Part shown: piece by piece, positions 12,001 through 19,641 of the stretch
Layout: each line of letters begins with the position of its first letter
Numbering within the stretch: position 1 is the stretch's first letter
IMG/VR virus record: IMGVR_UViG_3300037427_003924
Length of the DNA: 64,000 bases
Origin: an uncultured virus (IMG/VR IMGVR_UViG_3300037427_003924)
Taxonomy: Duplodnaviria; Heunggongvirae; Uroviricota; Caudoviricetes
Direction: 5' to 3' (one strand)
The notes under the pieces: generated by a model
What the model was told of the DNA's origin: nothing
Database searches by the model: none
Seen by the model: only the letters and a program-made list of their open reading frames with translations
Position numbers and translations under genes: made by a program

Positions 12001-14368
12001 TAGTTGTTAATGTTTGACCTGTAGTGACTAAGTTGGATGTTAAAGTAGTAATGTCGCCGTCGTTACTAGTGATCTGAGCCTGAAGAGTCTGTCCAGTAGT
12101 TATTAGATTGCCACTAATGTCGTCAACAACTTTTCCTGTTGATATCAGGTTCGACGAAACAGTATTTATATTAGTAGTTAAAGTCTGACCAGTTGTAACA
12201 AGGTTCGAGGTAAGAGTTGATATATCAGAATCATTGCTGGTTATCTGCGTTTGCAGAGTCTGGCCTGTCGTAATAAGATTTCCACTGATGTCATCTACTG
12301 CGCTCCCTGTGGAAACTAAGTTGTTTGAATTAGTAACGGTTAACCCAGAAACTATTCCAATCTCACTGGTTAAAGTTTGTCCACTAGTTATAAGATTACC
12401 GCTTAGCTCTCTAAAGTCTTGCTCAGATCCTCCTGTAGCTAACCCCGAAACTATTGCAATCTCTGATGTTAGAGTTTGCCCTGTGGTGACTAAGTTCGAT
12501 GTTAACGCCGAAATATCCGAGTCGTTACTCGTGATTTGAGTTTGGAGAGTTTGACCCGTAGTAACCAGATTACTTGTAATATTAGATATATCGTTATCAT
12601 TTGATGTTATTTGTGTTTGCAGTGTTTGACCCGTAGTGATCAAGTTACCGCTTACATCGTCGATAACACTTCCGGTAGTTATTAAATTACTTGTAAGAGT
12701 CGCTATATCTGAATCATTAGATGTAATTTGAGTTTGTAGAGTTTGGCCAGTAGTAATTAAATTACCGCTAATGTCATCTACTACAGCCCCAGTTGAGACT
12801 AAGTTAGAACTAACCAAGTTTATGTTAGTTGTAAGAGTTTGACCAGTGGTGATAAGATTCCCACTCAGAGTATCTACTTTTCCACTTAAATCGGGGTCAG
12901 AGCTTGAACCAGTTGTTAATCCTGAAACTATGGCTATTTCGGACGTAAGTGTTTGACCTGTGGTAATTAAATTGGAAGTTAAATTCGTTATATCCCCATC
13001 GTTGGAGGTGATCTGAGTTTGTAACGTTTGCCCAGTAGTCACAAGATTACTAGTCAGATCAGAGACATCTAAGTCGTTGCTAGTAATTTGAGTCTGCAGT
13101 GTTTGACCGGTAGTGATAAGATTGGTTGAAAGAGAAGATATATTACTAACATTTGAGGCAATGTTAACTACGTTGGTCGAAATATCGCTACTTAAATTTT
13201 GCCCCGTCGTTATAAGATTTCCGCTTATGTCGTCAACTATAGACCCCGTTGATATTAAGTTGGAGCTAACCGTATTGATATCAGCTGCATTACTTGTTAT
13301 CTGACTTTGTAATGTCTGCCCCGTCGTGATTAAGTTGCCGCTCAAGGCAGCGAAGTCTTCAGCTGAACCACCTGTAGCTATTCCAGAAACTATAGCTATT
13401 TCAGAGGTGAGGGTTTGGCCGGTAGTTACCAAATTAGAAATATCAGTACTTAGGTTATTACTAATGGTAGAAATCTGAACATCATTACTGGTGATTTGCG
13501 CCTGAAGAGTCTGCCCAGTTGTTATAAGGTTTCCGCTGATGTCATCTACCTTACCGCTCAAAGCTGTCACGTCGGTATGGTTTTCCGCAATACCAGAGAC
13601 TATAGTTATCTCAGAAGTCAGAGTTTGACCAGTAGTGATTAAATTACTTGTTAAATCAGCAATATCCGAATCATTGCTTGTTATCTGTGCTTGAAGCGTT
13701 TGATTGACGTCAGCGACATGGTTTAAAAGTGTTTGTCCCGTTGTTATTAGATTGCCGCTTAGTGTATCCACTTTGCCGCTTAGAGCAGGGTCAGAACTTG
13801 AGCCTGTAGTCAATCCTGAAACGATAGCTATCTCAGAAGTTAACGTTTGACCTGTGGTTATCAGATTGTTTGTGATATTATAAACATCAGTTAATATATT
13901 CTGTATGTCACCATCATTTGAAGTAATTTGGACTTGAAGTGTTTGTCCCGTAGTTATTAGATTCCCGCTTAAAGTGTTTACTGTACCACTTAGGGATGTT
14001 AAATCCTGCCCACCAGCAATACCCGAGACTATCGCTATTTCATCCGTTAAATACTGCCCCGTGGTGATTAAGTTGCCGCTTAGGTCCGTTAAATCCTGCC
14101 CACCTGCAATACCTGAAACTATGGCTATTTCGTCTGTGAGGTATTGACCGGTAGAAACAAGTCCTCCGCTTAATTGATTAAACCCATCAGAAGTGAGGGT
14201 TATATTCTCTGTTATGTAATTAGTAACAACCCCTATATCCGGGATTTGTCCTGTTACATTAGTGATGGGAGCCGCACCAGCTACCGTCGTGACTCCATCA
14301 ACGCGGGTATCCACTACTGTTGAAGTAGTTCCGCTTATAGTGACATCAACTACAGTCTGGCTGCTCAT
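1..14368 (-). CDS. Giant modular tail fibre/adhesin, >=4789 aa, 3'-truncated by window edge
   Basis: ATG at 14368 (MSSQTVVDVTISG...). The same frame reads as protein at position 1 (...YITKWTDGDTIGNSSIQDNGSAVVINDASGDVDFR). N-terminal SGNLITTGQTL coiled-coil repeats, then many GNVGIGTT.P modules. Absent from the ORF track, consistent with no stop in the window; not checked codon by codon. Confidence 0.85.
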   Translation of the reverse strand, partial: MSSQTVVDVTISGTTSTVVDTRVDGVTTVAGAAPITNVTGQIPDIGVVTNYITENITLTSDGFNQLSGGLVSTGQYLTDEIAIVSGIAGGQDLTDLSGNLITTGQYLTDEIAIVSGIAGGQDLTSLSGTVNTLSGNLITTGQTLQVQITSNDGDIQNILTDVYNITNNLITTGQTLTSEIAIVSGLTTGSSSDPALSGKVDTLSGNLITTGQTLLNHVADVNQTLQAQITSNDSDIADLTSNLITTGQTLTSEITIVSGIAENHTDVTALSGKVDDISGNLITTGQTLQAQITSNDVQISTISNNLSTDISNLVTTGQTLTSEIAIVSGIATGGSAEDFAALSGNLITTGQTLQSQITSNAADINTVSSNLISTGSIVDDISGNLITTGQNLSSDISTNVVNIASNVSNISSLSTNLITTGQTLQTQITSNDLDVSDLTSNLVTTGQTLQTQITSNDGDITNLTSNLITTGQTLTSEIAIVSGLTTGSSSDPDLSGKVDTLSGNLITTGQTLTTNINLVSSNLVSTGAVVDDISGNLITTGQTLQTQITSNDSDIATLTSNLITTGSVIDDVSGNLITTGQTLQTQITSNDNDISNITSNLVTTGQTLQTQITSNDSDISALTSNLVTTGQTLTSEIAIVSGLATGGSEQDFRELSGNLITSGQTLTSEIGIVSGLTVTNSNNLVSTGSAVDDISGNLITTGQTLQTQITSNDSDISTLTSNLVTTGQTLTTNINTVSSNLISTGKVVDDISGNLITTGQTLQAQITSNDGDITTLTSNLVTTGQTLTTNINTVATNLGTSGQTLQTQITSNDSDISTLTSNLGTTGQTLQTQITSNDSDIASLTTNLGTTGQTLQTQITSNDSDISTLDSTTVKLTTNQSIAGNKIFTNDVTINNLTVTGTEVVVDVENLAVKDNIIEINSGESGAGISRISGGIVIDRGTAANANILYNDANDRFELNFPLAVEGEVVASASNLITTGQTLTTNINTVSTNLGTSGQTLQTQITSNDGDISTLTTNLGTTGQTLQTQITSNDSDISTLTSNLVTTGQTLTTNINTVSTNLISTGKVVDDISGNLITTGQTLQTQITSNDTDITNLSSNLVTTGQTLTTNINTVANNLVTTGQTLTSEIATVSGLIPATVIDGGGTANKVPLWSDANTIGDSVISQSSSKIGIGTATPSAPLHVAVDGTAEILLERTTGLAGMPSQIKIKSVGSEWSLANNLAGPGRFSIKDVTDNRHVMVFDGDGNVSMGTTTPSFTPGWLASDRTLLIAGAGGGGVFVERTGTTARRWGIGIKTDGSFAVSDDTGSTAPLLISTAGVATFSGAVTANAGINIDNINIDGTTISLSSSNLTLDVAGDIILDSNTANWRFKDNGTAVLEIGRGGGGGGPSFYSAISDADMVFKGNDGGSAITALTLDMSAGGNAIFNDLIKTGNMSISSQEIDVSSGDLTLDAAGIINLDADGAYIYLKDAGTSVGLFKLTSSDFYIKSTVSDKDLIFQGNDGGSTVTALTLDMSEAGAATFNSALTVGGNATFSGVLNLNNGSDNCFRIEADAGKDTYINSYGSGNFIQFKQNSAAVLSLYETFLAIPDSTQLRFGGGSDLRFYHDGNNSYIWQVGVGALNIKSSVTDGNIVFTADRGDGGGTFDYFSVNGGDTTYAGGVTTAYTKWPDNSRIALGGGKDLQLYHDGSNSHIKNTGSLYVASETSGDLYLRSDDDIFIQPQGGENGITLTGNGAVTLYYDNAIKLATNSGGVTVTGTAILGGASFVDNATAYFGTGNDLRIYHDGNHSYIKDAGTGSLVLATSRLSINNAASNEEMISAIQNGAVELFYANSKKLETTSTGVTVTGAGTFSTSLKAATILDASNSAGTSGQILTSTGSALDWKTLGEISGVDGSGTANYLSKWTDTDTIGNSTIYDDGKVSIASPTASASTYGARLNVEESAAWSQGIALYINNSATYNNSKPTAFLGVANSSANVFLSAGARVVGDPASANWGKTSNSTTAAFYRQLNAAHIWYTNTSLTADTAYTPTERMRIAADGNVGIGTIAPSADLEVSTASGGELLVTRSGNSGVTLQQVNGGAATSGSLAIKAGTAISFSTNGTNQGLYINNQTYPRVGIGTNSFRSIGGLNPQLLNIEGVNSQWDSGLTIVSNATGDYEAACLVLGRTGGTTAGSNTIVTDNDVLGRIIFTAADGVDMRVTPAEIRSSVDDSSPAADSIKGNLEFYTNDGSSVAPTVRFSIAPAGAVTFNSAFTFPTADGSAGQVLQTNGSGTVTWSTVTGGGGVSGSGTDNYIPRWNGTTALQNSAIFSDDNDNVGIGTAAPGSNTPLHIYTNSASDQTILLDNDGSGRSGLKLRADRNSDGNSTGFIIFDALNDASQDTRYATIESFIVDNTDGTEDGALRFSVMAAGTDTESMTISARSGISDIGFVGIGTNAPAFPLQVYGANQTNGSAKRIVAFLDTTSAAAGTGAGIALGGYTNGTGGAINDFGVIQGIKENGTADNYASALTFHTRANGANTTEQMRINSAGNVGVGTVAPAAHLHVSKAVGATTVLTQVAANSTVGYEIKKTGSTTQHWKIVDGQTANGYLEIYDATDSATRMAFNTNGNVGIGTVNAPHLLTLKGDNKYFASYASDGSIAVQLGADSSGDGNFILFDHSGGTKVKLYAESGGANYINNGGNFGIGTTAPATPLHVYSTANDVLKIQGADHVRVLIDGTDSSEKSLNFSEAGSLMWKLGMENIAPLEAFVIKNNDNGAPQFVIDYTTGYVGIGVDPDGIGFRAEQSVNGNWAGLIKNTHATNGHGLKVQAGDDSAVTSFRVADVSNTTLLEVLGDGKVGIGTDAPISKLEVSENFGTTAGVTKLRITARTQGAYDGDAHLEFAYNDWGNVNVPNLLASIQGLASVTAPTNVGGELAFATKALGGATATAPVERMRIDPAGKVGIGTNAPDSLLQIANANGSSYRFGYAGTSDVYFDADDVYFRSDNGGVNNMVLKGSKLGIGTTAPGAKLHVYGGNIRISSTDDKPQLEFFETAAARWVIGHSTAPNNYFAISEGSDVAASERLVIAPTTGSVGIGTTAPDGILHVANTTYIDAPTNTGNSSALIWRRLDKTIVGRIVSDTTNLRTQFWDNNSSVLTISNDKVGIGSENPAYKLDVRGDYIFVDEGKGIRFGGSSHQVTRETGNELRLKAANTTGFITFLTGGGTEYMRIAADGKVGIGNTNPAAPLTVTADSGANAFALRARSADDYSFIQFFNNAGSALRGQIYSKSTGDIGFTTGTDSSAGNDLYIKNGTGVGIGTTAPSVHLDVYASVGWGVVDIDGVSGGELRFQKAGTTWLDIYGNDSSYAVLKATSHLSIYVNSSTLAAYFKSDGNVGIGTDAPTTKLSVKSTGSNVDEISLVHSGNTVKLVSLGQESSHGSIYVRANSGVAQARISAVNSNYFLQNVGIGTTAPLCKLDIRTTSASLTDAGATVNIEEDTAWTQGLAFYLNNADVNNADYASACIGVANSGSNIIITSGARVVNNTNTTSAYKTLNSTTPAVYRQLNGAHVFYGDTGETVNTVYTPTERMRIDASGKVGIGTTAPVAQLMVSEAIPPGTQIGGSNTLKLAAVSSNAVGRRMEIGFDQFYGSTYSHSVIGQIVTSRTSFETGDLYFATKDGTTNVAPTERMRITSAGNVGIGTTAPSRPLSIYNNSLACLQLCNSTTGAATGDGFQMQLSGSTGYIYNYEAGDIIFGTSAATRLTISAAGVATFAGAVTVNGPLTGTTAKFSGDAQIGFTGGLNTWYSGITQLAIGANQSAVVGNSSYIGVQENSYLNASGLWKKVGAGGASNVWQDDGTIYLRTAVTGGSADDTISWNYPLTLSPTGAATFGGALTGTTATLAGTGLANAPTLAIDNSSSGTYVHSLEAYTANITSGQTNILVVGKEGNNKNCGYIGYKWNGDGSDANLLTLGHWGSNHLLTIAPTGAATFSGALTANSTIQVSRSSASPLFQVTDADAGGGAKSRWFGLVDGTSRFAIYGTNGSTEEFQLDGGTATFSTAVAVGNSYIYNNYIRSSNIRVTDNGYLGSQSVQSVIQIQGDGDVAIGYPTTINSSLKATTILDTNNSAGTNGQVLTTTGSGLDWKTLSEISGVDGSGTANYISKWTDSDTIGNSIVYNHAYGVVINATNLTSYASNRQVLEVRGTAGTGDFDGGITNLSASSDTNAHRVGQLAFINTANANHVNPNSTIGSRIAQIISTVVTSDSNAGDDSGGDLQFWTKPEAGVPAERMRIASGGNVGIGITAPSELLHVDGGGYFEGDVVRDGGWHRGLEITTQNASYASLYFGNQQTSKYSGIIWTSTTSGNTVSARGAQVYAQPTSAANTDLRFDTNNAVGTSSPTLKMIIRGDGKVGIGTTAPAYQLDVRGSGATTLQVKSANNSDDTQLKLQSNAFFFNITNQGAGGNITYVSDDAQDQIWYTDNASNSSVERFRIEGGADVDSVYFSNSHVGIGTTAPSAMLDVVTPASSTVYAAEITQSNTSNGDGLYVNIGSTSASDYVATFRSSNNNLFDIKGNGNVGIGTASPGQLLHVWKAGVLEPNFQSTTGRVGLQLNAGAAGDVGWILYSGYPAAGDFNIRQSGVANCLVIKKTTGYVGIGTDSPGSLLTISGNSDDGDNACALAINDEDSTGGSKLPAIMFYGGGTMQGRIRGGDATFSIAVGSSPSTALSINTTSRKLTLGSYGSGTHTGTAAYKLSVDSSGNVIETSIGSGAVDGSGSANYITKWTDGDTIGNSSIQDNGSAVVINDASGDVDFR

Positions 14369-14390
14369 CGTATTAAGTGGTTACCTGAGG

Positions 14391-14741
14391 TTATACAAAA
14401 AAACTTCCAGCTAGTAGCTTATCCACAGCCCCCTCAATATTAGCGCCCCCAGTCGGGTATTTCTCTATGTCATAAACGAAATCCCCCACCGGAAGACCGG
14501 AGGTTTGAGATCCGCTCAGATACACATCAATTAAACCACTCTGGTAGGCATCTCCTCCTGTGCCCGAAACAATAGTAGGATCTAAATCAATTAAGGTATT
14601 TGTGCTTGAATACCTGTATTTTACTATCCCTCGTGCCTCGTATCCACTAAGGTTGATGGCGTCTCCGCTGGCGTCCTTAATATTTAATCGGACACTTAAC
14701 TGAGATCCTTGAGTCGCACTAAAATCATAAACCGTTGCCAT
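14391..14741 (-). CDS. Virion beta-sandwich protein (BppU N-terminal-like)
   Basis: QGSQLSVRLNIKD..GDAINLSGY...G.FVYDIE pattern, directly upstream of the fibre gene. Confidence 0.55.
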   Translation of the reverse strand: MATVYDFSATQGSQLSVRLNIKDASGDAINLSGYEARGIVKYRYSSTNTLIDLDPTIVSGTGGDAYQSGLIDVYLSGSQTSGLPVGDFVYDIEKYPTGGANIEGAVDKLLAGSFFV

Positions 14742-14784
14742 ATAGCCTTATTACACTATATGAGGGTTTTTTTTGAAAAATATA

Positions 14785-15162
14785 TTACCTTCCTTCGGAA
14801 AGTATCTTCAAAGTTTCCGAGTCGACGTCTTGTGGAGGAGTTTGATGATGTATAGGTTTTCGGTAATTAGCGACGTGTTTACGAAATTCCCTTACAAGAC
14901 GATCCCTTAGAGTGGACCTATTGTCAATAGGAATGATTCCTACCTTTGAGGCATGTGCCTGCATGTCGGACAGGTTCATATCATCTATTTGTTTCCCATA
15001 CTCCATATCGTTTAGGGTGCCGTAAGTGCTCGTGCCATCATCACCCCATACTTGATCTAAGGAAGTGGGTTGAAATTTTTCTTCTTTTCCGTGTACTTGA
15101 GAAAGGTTTTTAAGCTTTTTCTTAGAAGATGCCTTTGCGGAAGTTTTTCTTTTTGCTGCCAT
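14785..15162 (-). CDS. Hypothetical protein
   Basis: 125-aa ORF with upstream GTGTA motif. Confidence 0.7.
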   Translation of the reverse strand: MAAKRKTSAKASSKKKLKNLSQVHGKEEKFQPTSLDQVWGDDGTSTYGTLNDMEYGKQIDDMNLSDMQAHASKVGIIPIDNRSTLRDRLVREFRKHVANYRKPIHHQTPPQDVDSETLKILSEGR

Positions 15163-15211
15163 AATCTACCTTTATAGTACTAGGAAGTACACTTTTTTTC
15201 CAAAAAATAGA

Positions 15212-15241
15212 AAAACCCCAGCCCTTTCGAGCTGGGGTTTT
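15212..15241. terminator. Intrinsic terminator after the major capsid gene
   Basis: AAAACCCCAGC-CCTTTCGA-GCTGGGGTTTT hairpin with A/T tails. Confidence 0.8.
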
Positions 15242-15263
15242 GTAAAAGATATATGTCAGAGTA

Positions 15264-16352
15264 TTACTGAATATCCTTGCGAAGACCCACAACAGCGCGA
15301 GCATCAAGAAGAACACGTCCTTCTTCAACTCCACCATAAAAGCCAACTTTATCTTGACGCATAGCGTACTGATCATCTGGCAAAGCAGTGAAAGTACCAC
15401 CAGTCTCAGAATTCCGAGCAACTGGGCGTACAAAGGCTTCAACAGAACGATCCACACCAACCATGATCTGCTGACCGGCGGTAAGAGAACCACCGCAAAC
15501 CGTAGATGTATAGAGAGTGTTGTACTTCTGGCCGCTACCAAACTCATACAAGTCAACAATGTTAACTCCGAATAGGTTGCCGAAACCAGCAGAACGATAC
15601 ATTTCGTCTTTTACGCCGTCACCAACCTGCTCAGCCGAAGAGCTGTATGGGTTGTAAGAAATAGCGCGAATATCTTCAACAACTTCAGCAGAAACAAAGA
15701 GATCAGTGATACCCTTTGAGTATGCAGCTGACGGAGTGCCATCAGCATAAGAAGCGTTAAGGCGCTTCATTTTAGTCATCAAAGCATTCAAGTCAGCAAG
15801 ACCAAAAGCGCCCGGAGTAGACTGGTTAACGACATTATCGCCAGCCGAACCTGTTCCCCACTTACCTTTAGCTTCTGCCAAGCCCTTAAGAGCTACGGCC
15901 CATGCGTTGCGATCCTGTTTAACCAAGATCTCGTTAGCCATACGCTCGATTCCCTTGCTGACTACGTCCAAGCGGCTCTTACGTGCATACTTCTTGAGGA
16001 AGCTGATAGCACTGTCCAACTTGTATGTAGAAACCTTGAGTTCCGCATTGCCAGCGATCTGAGAAGAAGGAAGACCTCCTGCCATTGTTTGCTGCCAAAT
16101 AGTCGTGTATGGTTCTTTGCCGTTTTGATCATAAAAAAGATCAAGCGGGTAGCTAGGATTGTCATCCTCGTCATATTCTACATCTGTATAGATGTATGCA
16201 GCGGTGTTAGCCTGCTGCAGAACCTGTTGAACAACTGGCCCAATAAACGCAGCAAAAGCTTCGGTTGCTGGACGAGAAACGTCTGGGTTCTTAGAACCCA
16301 TAGCCTTAATCAATTCAACTTGCTCTGGAGTATTTTTAAGTTTTAATTTCAT
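15264..16352 (-). CDS. Major capsid protein (putative)
   Basis: 362 aa, follows scaffold and decoration-like genes, ends before a strong terminator; HK97-like C-terminus (DKVGFYGGVEEGRVLLDARAVV). Confidence 0.75.
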   Translation of the reverse strand: MKLKLKNTPEQVELIKAMGSKNPDVSRPATEAFAAFIGPVVQQVLQQANTAAYIYTDVEYDEDDNPSYPLDLFYDQNGKEPYTTIWQQTMAGGLPSSQIAGNAELKVSTYKLDSAISFLKKYARKSRLDVVSKGIERMANEILVKQDRNAWAVALKGLAEAKGKWGTGSAGDNVVNQSTPGAFGLADLNALMTKMKRLNASYADGTPSAAYSKGITDLFVSAEVVEDIRAISYNPYSSSAEQVGDGVKDEMYRSAGFGNLFGVNIVDLYEFGSGQKYNTLYTSTVCGGSLTAGQQIMVGVDRSVEAFVRPVARNSETGGTFTALPDDQYAMRQDKVGFYGGVEEGRVLLDARAVVGLRKDIQ

Positions 16353-16371
16353 TTTCTATATTCTCCTTTTA

Positions 16372-16959
16372 TTAACCTTGTGTGAAGTCGAACTTAATTA
16401 GAACTGAACCGTCCGCATCGGGACCACCCAAAGTTCTACCAATTCTGTTGTTGGTATCCTTATTACCGACGGTGGTAAGTTTACCATCGCCAGTAGCGAA
16501 AACGTCCATATTGAGAGCGACGCTCATCGGCCCAGAAAATGCGCCTGTCGCCATGAGGAAAAGACCTCGAGTAGCAACAGGTACTGCTTGACCAGTTAAG
16601 CTACATTGTAATTCAGCCTGCTTACGCGGGTTAAACTTCAATGCTTCGCCGTTTTCATCATACTCTCTAACATCGTAGAGGGTAATCCCTAAAGAAGCTT
16701 CGTCGCCACCACCATCGGTGTATTCGACTTCAGCTGTGACACCATACCGCTCTGAAACGGTATTGTTAAAATCCGCACCAACGTCACCTAAAAATTCGGT
16801 TTCTTGGCCATTAGTCCAACCCGTCTTAACTTTAACAACTGATCCAGCGTAAACTACATCAGAAGCGTTAAGGGCTTGGGCATCATCGCCGAAAGCGAAT
16901 AAATTAATAACATCATGCTCACTATAATCCCTGAAGGGTCTTAGTCTTTCGTTTGCCAT
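16372..16959 (-). CDS. Head decoration/minor capsid protein (putative)
   Basis: 195 aa, Gly-rich beta protein between scaffold and capsid genes. Confidence 0.55.
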   Translation of the reverse strand: MANERLRPFRDYSEHDVINLFAFGDDAQALNASDVVYAGSVVKVKTGWTNGQETEFLGDVGADFNNTVSERYGVTAEVEYTDGGGDEASLGITLYDVREYDENGEALKFNPRKQAELQCSLTGQAVPVATRGLFLMATGAFSGPMSVALNMDVFATGDGKLTTVGNKDTNNRIGRTLGGPDADGSVLIKFDFTQG

Positions 16960-16987
16960 AATAATTTATTTCCTATTTTTTTTTTGT

Positions 16988-18517
16988 TTAGAACTTACAA
17001 TTTATATCAAATTGATCCATGGCAAAAGCTTTGCCATATCTCTCCATGACAGAAGGTTCTTCAGCAGGAGCAGACGTCGGGATGTTAACTATCTCATCCT
17101 TCGCATTATCTACTGCTTGCTCAACAACCTCTTGAACTACAGAAGCGCTAGCTTCCGCCGGTGTAGGCTCTTCTGCAGGTGTTTCAGCGGGAGCTTCTGC
17201 CGGGGCCTCGGCCGGGGCCGGTTCCTCTGCGGGAGTTTCCTCATCTTCATCTGTACGAGCCTTTGATGAAAGAAGAACTGAAACGCTGTTATCAAAATCA
17301 GCAAATTGCTCCTCATCAAGATCTTTAATCTGCGAAGCAAGAACCTTGCGGTCCTCATCGTTCAAATTAAATCGCTCGTCAAAAGAGGCCATACGCTGAT
17401 TAAACGCTTCTAGCTTTTCCTTGTCGGCTTTTTCAGCCTCAAGTTTTTCCAATTGAGCCACTACATCCTCTAACTGCGTCTTCAAGGAGTCGTGTTCCTT
17501 GGAGAGTGTCTCGTGCTTTTCACGAGCATCGTTCAAGGACTCCTCTTGTTCAGTCTGCTTAGAAGAATAATCTTCCGAGGCTTTCTTGAGGCTTTCCTGA
17601 ATAAACTCATGAATAGCAGAAGCAGTCAGAGTCTGCAAGGACTCGTCCGTGATTTCTGTTAGATTTTCTATTTTCATAATAGCTTCTACTTTCTTTGTTT
17701 TTACAGTTTTATTTGTATTTTGGGAAATGGTTTCTTTTTTAAGAGACTCTTCCGCCAAAGCTTTTTGTTCGGTAACGCCATTTTCTGTTAACACTCCTTG
17801 AACGTCCGCAGCTGGATTTTCAGTGAGACCTATCCCTAATGGTATTACATCATTAACAACTTTTCTATAAATATTAGAGTTGTTATCAAATTTACCTTCC
17901 CCGCCAAAACCTTTAAGCTTATCTGCATGCTTATCGACTTCGTCCGGATCGCTAATTTCTAAACCGTTCTCTATGTTCTTTTCTTCTCCTTCGAGAACGA
18001 TCAAGTTATAATCGCTAAATCCTAATTCCCAACTTGCGCTTATACCCATATAGTCTTCACTTGTAGGGTCACTAGAGCTTTCGATTTTATTAGCTAAACC
18101 TTCATCTACGATTTTCCACACAACTCCCCCAAGAGTTACATTGAAAGGTTCTTTTAAATCTTTTACTTCGTCCTTCTTTAAAGGTTCGTCAGTACCGAAT
18201 CTGGAGAAACCTGCTGTTAAGATGGTCCCTACAATAGATTTCCGATTATGTTCGATATTGATAGGTTTATTAACGAAGTTCTCATACATCGCCACTGCCG
18301 TATCTGTATCTACAACATCGCCGTTTTTGTTAACTCTATTAGCTACAAAAGCGTTAAAGGCCACAGGTAAGAGGTCTACATTTTTCTCGATATCTACATC
18401 TGGCAGAAACTTCTCTAACTCTACCATAGAAGCTAGTGCCAAATATTTATCTTTGTCCTCTGAAACCACCGGCTTAACAACGGAACTAAATGTGGTTGTA
18501 TATTTGTGATTTTTCAT
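16988..18517 (-). CDS. Prohead protease/scaffold fusion (putative)
   Basis: N-terminal NKNGD...KPINIEH...ASWE...GIGLTENPA protease-like motifs; acidic coiled-coil C-terminus with PAEAPAE linker. Confidence 0.65.
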   Translation of the reverse strand: MKNHKYTTTFSSVVKPVVSEDKDKYLALASMVELEKFLPDVDIEKNVDLLPVAFNAFVANRVNKNGDVVDTDTAVAMYENFVNKPINIEHNRKSIVGTILTAGFSRFGTDEPLKKDEVKDLKEPFNVTLGGVVWKIVDEGLANKIESSSDPTSEDYMGISASWELGFSDYNLIVLEGEEKNIENGLEISDPDEVDKHADKLKGFGGEGKFDNNSNIYRKVVNDVIPLGIGLTENPAADVQGVLTENGVTEQKALAEESLKKETISQNTNKTVKTKKVEAIMKIENLTEITDESLQTLTASAIHEFIQESLKKASEDYSSKQTEQEESLNDAREKHETLSKEHDSLKTQLEDVVAQLEKLEAEKADKEKLEAFNQRMASFDERFNLNDEDRKVLASQIKDLDEEQFADFDNSVSVLLSSKARTDEDEETPAEEPAPAEAPAEAPAETPAEEPTPAEASASVVQEVVEQAVDNAKDEIVNIPTSAPAEEPSVMERYGKAFAMDQFDINCKF

Positions 18518-18518
18518 A

Positions 18519-19007
18519 TTAAAATTCTCTTTGAAGCCTTGAGTCTATAGTATTCTTAACAGACTCTTTACGGGTTTCGATATAGAGATCATCTACTCTT
18601 TCAAAACTTAAATCCAAATTAAGATCCTTGAGCTCTTCTGTGGCTTCGATAATATAAGGGTCCATATCGGATACATTAAAATTTTTCCCTTCTGCTACGC
18701 TTAAAAATCTATTAACGTTGGCCATGCACCATACCGAAAGATTGCATTTTGCTCCTTCGTTATAAGTTTCTTCAGCTCCTTTATAGGTCTCTATGAGAGA
18801 GTCTACCCTTAATTTAGCAGCGCTTTCCTTTATCTTAGACCTAAAGCATTTGACCAGAGCCGCAGAAAAAGCCACTACTTCATCGTCTTGTTTTTGAGGC
18901 GAATGGGTATTTTCTTTTTCCTCATAAATGTCTATCAAGTTAACTCCCTGCTTTCCAAAACAGGAATCAATCGATACATCAATGTCGAGTCTTTCTAATT
19001 TACCCAT
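18519..19007 (-). CDS. Hypothetical protein
   Basis: 162-aa ORF heading the capsid operon, GTGTA upstream. Confidence 0.65.
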   Translation of the reverse strand: MGKLERLDIDVSIDSCFGKQGVNLIDIYEEKENTHSPQKQDDEVVAFSAALVKCFRSKIKESAAKLRVDSLIETYKGAEETYNEGAKCNLSVWCMANVNRFLSVAEGKNFNVSDMDPYIIEATEELKDLNLDLSFERVDDLYIETRKESVKNTIDSRLQREF

Positions 19008-19105
19008 TGTTACTCTATATTCTACACGTTCTTTTACTAAAATGGAAAAAAGAAAGCCCTAGACCGTTCAGTCTAGAGCTCCCTCACAAAGGAATTAAGT
19101 AAGAT

Positions 19106-19411
19106 TTACTTCTTCCCGATAGTAACTTTCTTATCTCCTCTACCTACAGAAACGCCGGGAAATTCCCAATCGAACTTAAAATAGGGGAGTTTAAAAGATA
19201 CGCCGTTCTTTGTGCACTTAAGGTCAAAAGATGCAGAAACATCCTTCCCAGCGCACACCGTTGGTAACGGGGCCTTAACCCCTAAGAATGGAATAGTGAT
19301 ATTTGGATCAGGTTTAACACCCACGCCAAACCACTTTTCCTTCTTCTCTGCTGCTGTAAGACTGGCCGTAGCTAGTCCCAGCAATGTCATCATTACAATA
19401 ATGTTCTTCAT
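19106..19411 (-). CDS. Secreted hypothetical protein
   Basis: N-terminal signal-peptide-like sequence. Confidence 0.6.
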   Translation of the reverse strand: MKNIIVMMTLLGLATASLTAAEKKEKWFGVGVKPDPNITIPFLGVKAPLPTVCAGKDVSASFDLKCTKNGVSFKLPYFKFDWEFPGVSVGRGDKKVTIGKK

Positions 19412-19413
19412 AA

Positions 19414-19641
19414 TCAGTTATTTATGTTTTCCAACTCAAGCTGTGCAGCTTGATCTGAAATTGTTTTTAGGGCATCACGAGTAAACTCGGGAACCTCTTC
19501 CCAAGCTTTATCAATTTGGGGATGAGTCATCATTCTTTGAACAATATCTTGAGGAACCCGGGGAATGGAAATTACTTTAGTTTTGGTCGTCTTGCAACCG
19601 CTGACGAGACTTAGCATCACTAAAGGCGCGATCAATCTCAT
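19414..19641 (-). CDS. o-spanin-like lipoprotein (putative)
   Basis: MRLIAPLVMLSLVSG-C lipobox; overlaps the 3' end of the i-spanin candidate in another frame. Confidence 0.6.
   Translation of the reverse strand: MRLIAPLVMLSLVSGCKTTKTKVISIPRVPQDIVQRMMTHPQIDKAWEEVPEFTRDALKTISDQAAQLELENINN

Noticed and set aside
2785..13304. Many + strand ORFs in the track (also 23308-34680)
   Set aside because: Antisense shadows of the repetitive minus-strand fibre genes.
14373..14393. Genome-wide stop codon reassignment
   Set aside because: Long genes are intact in the standard code, and TAA, TAG and TGA all end genes.
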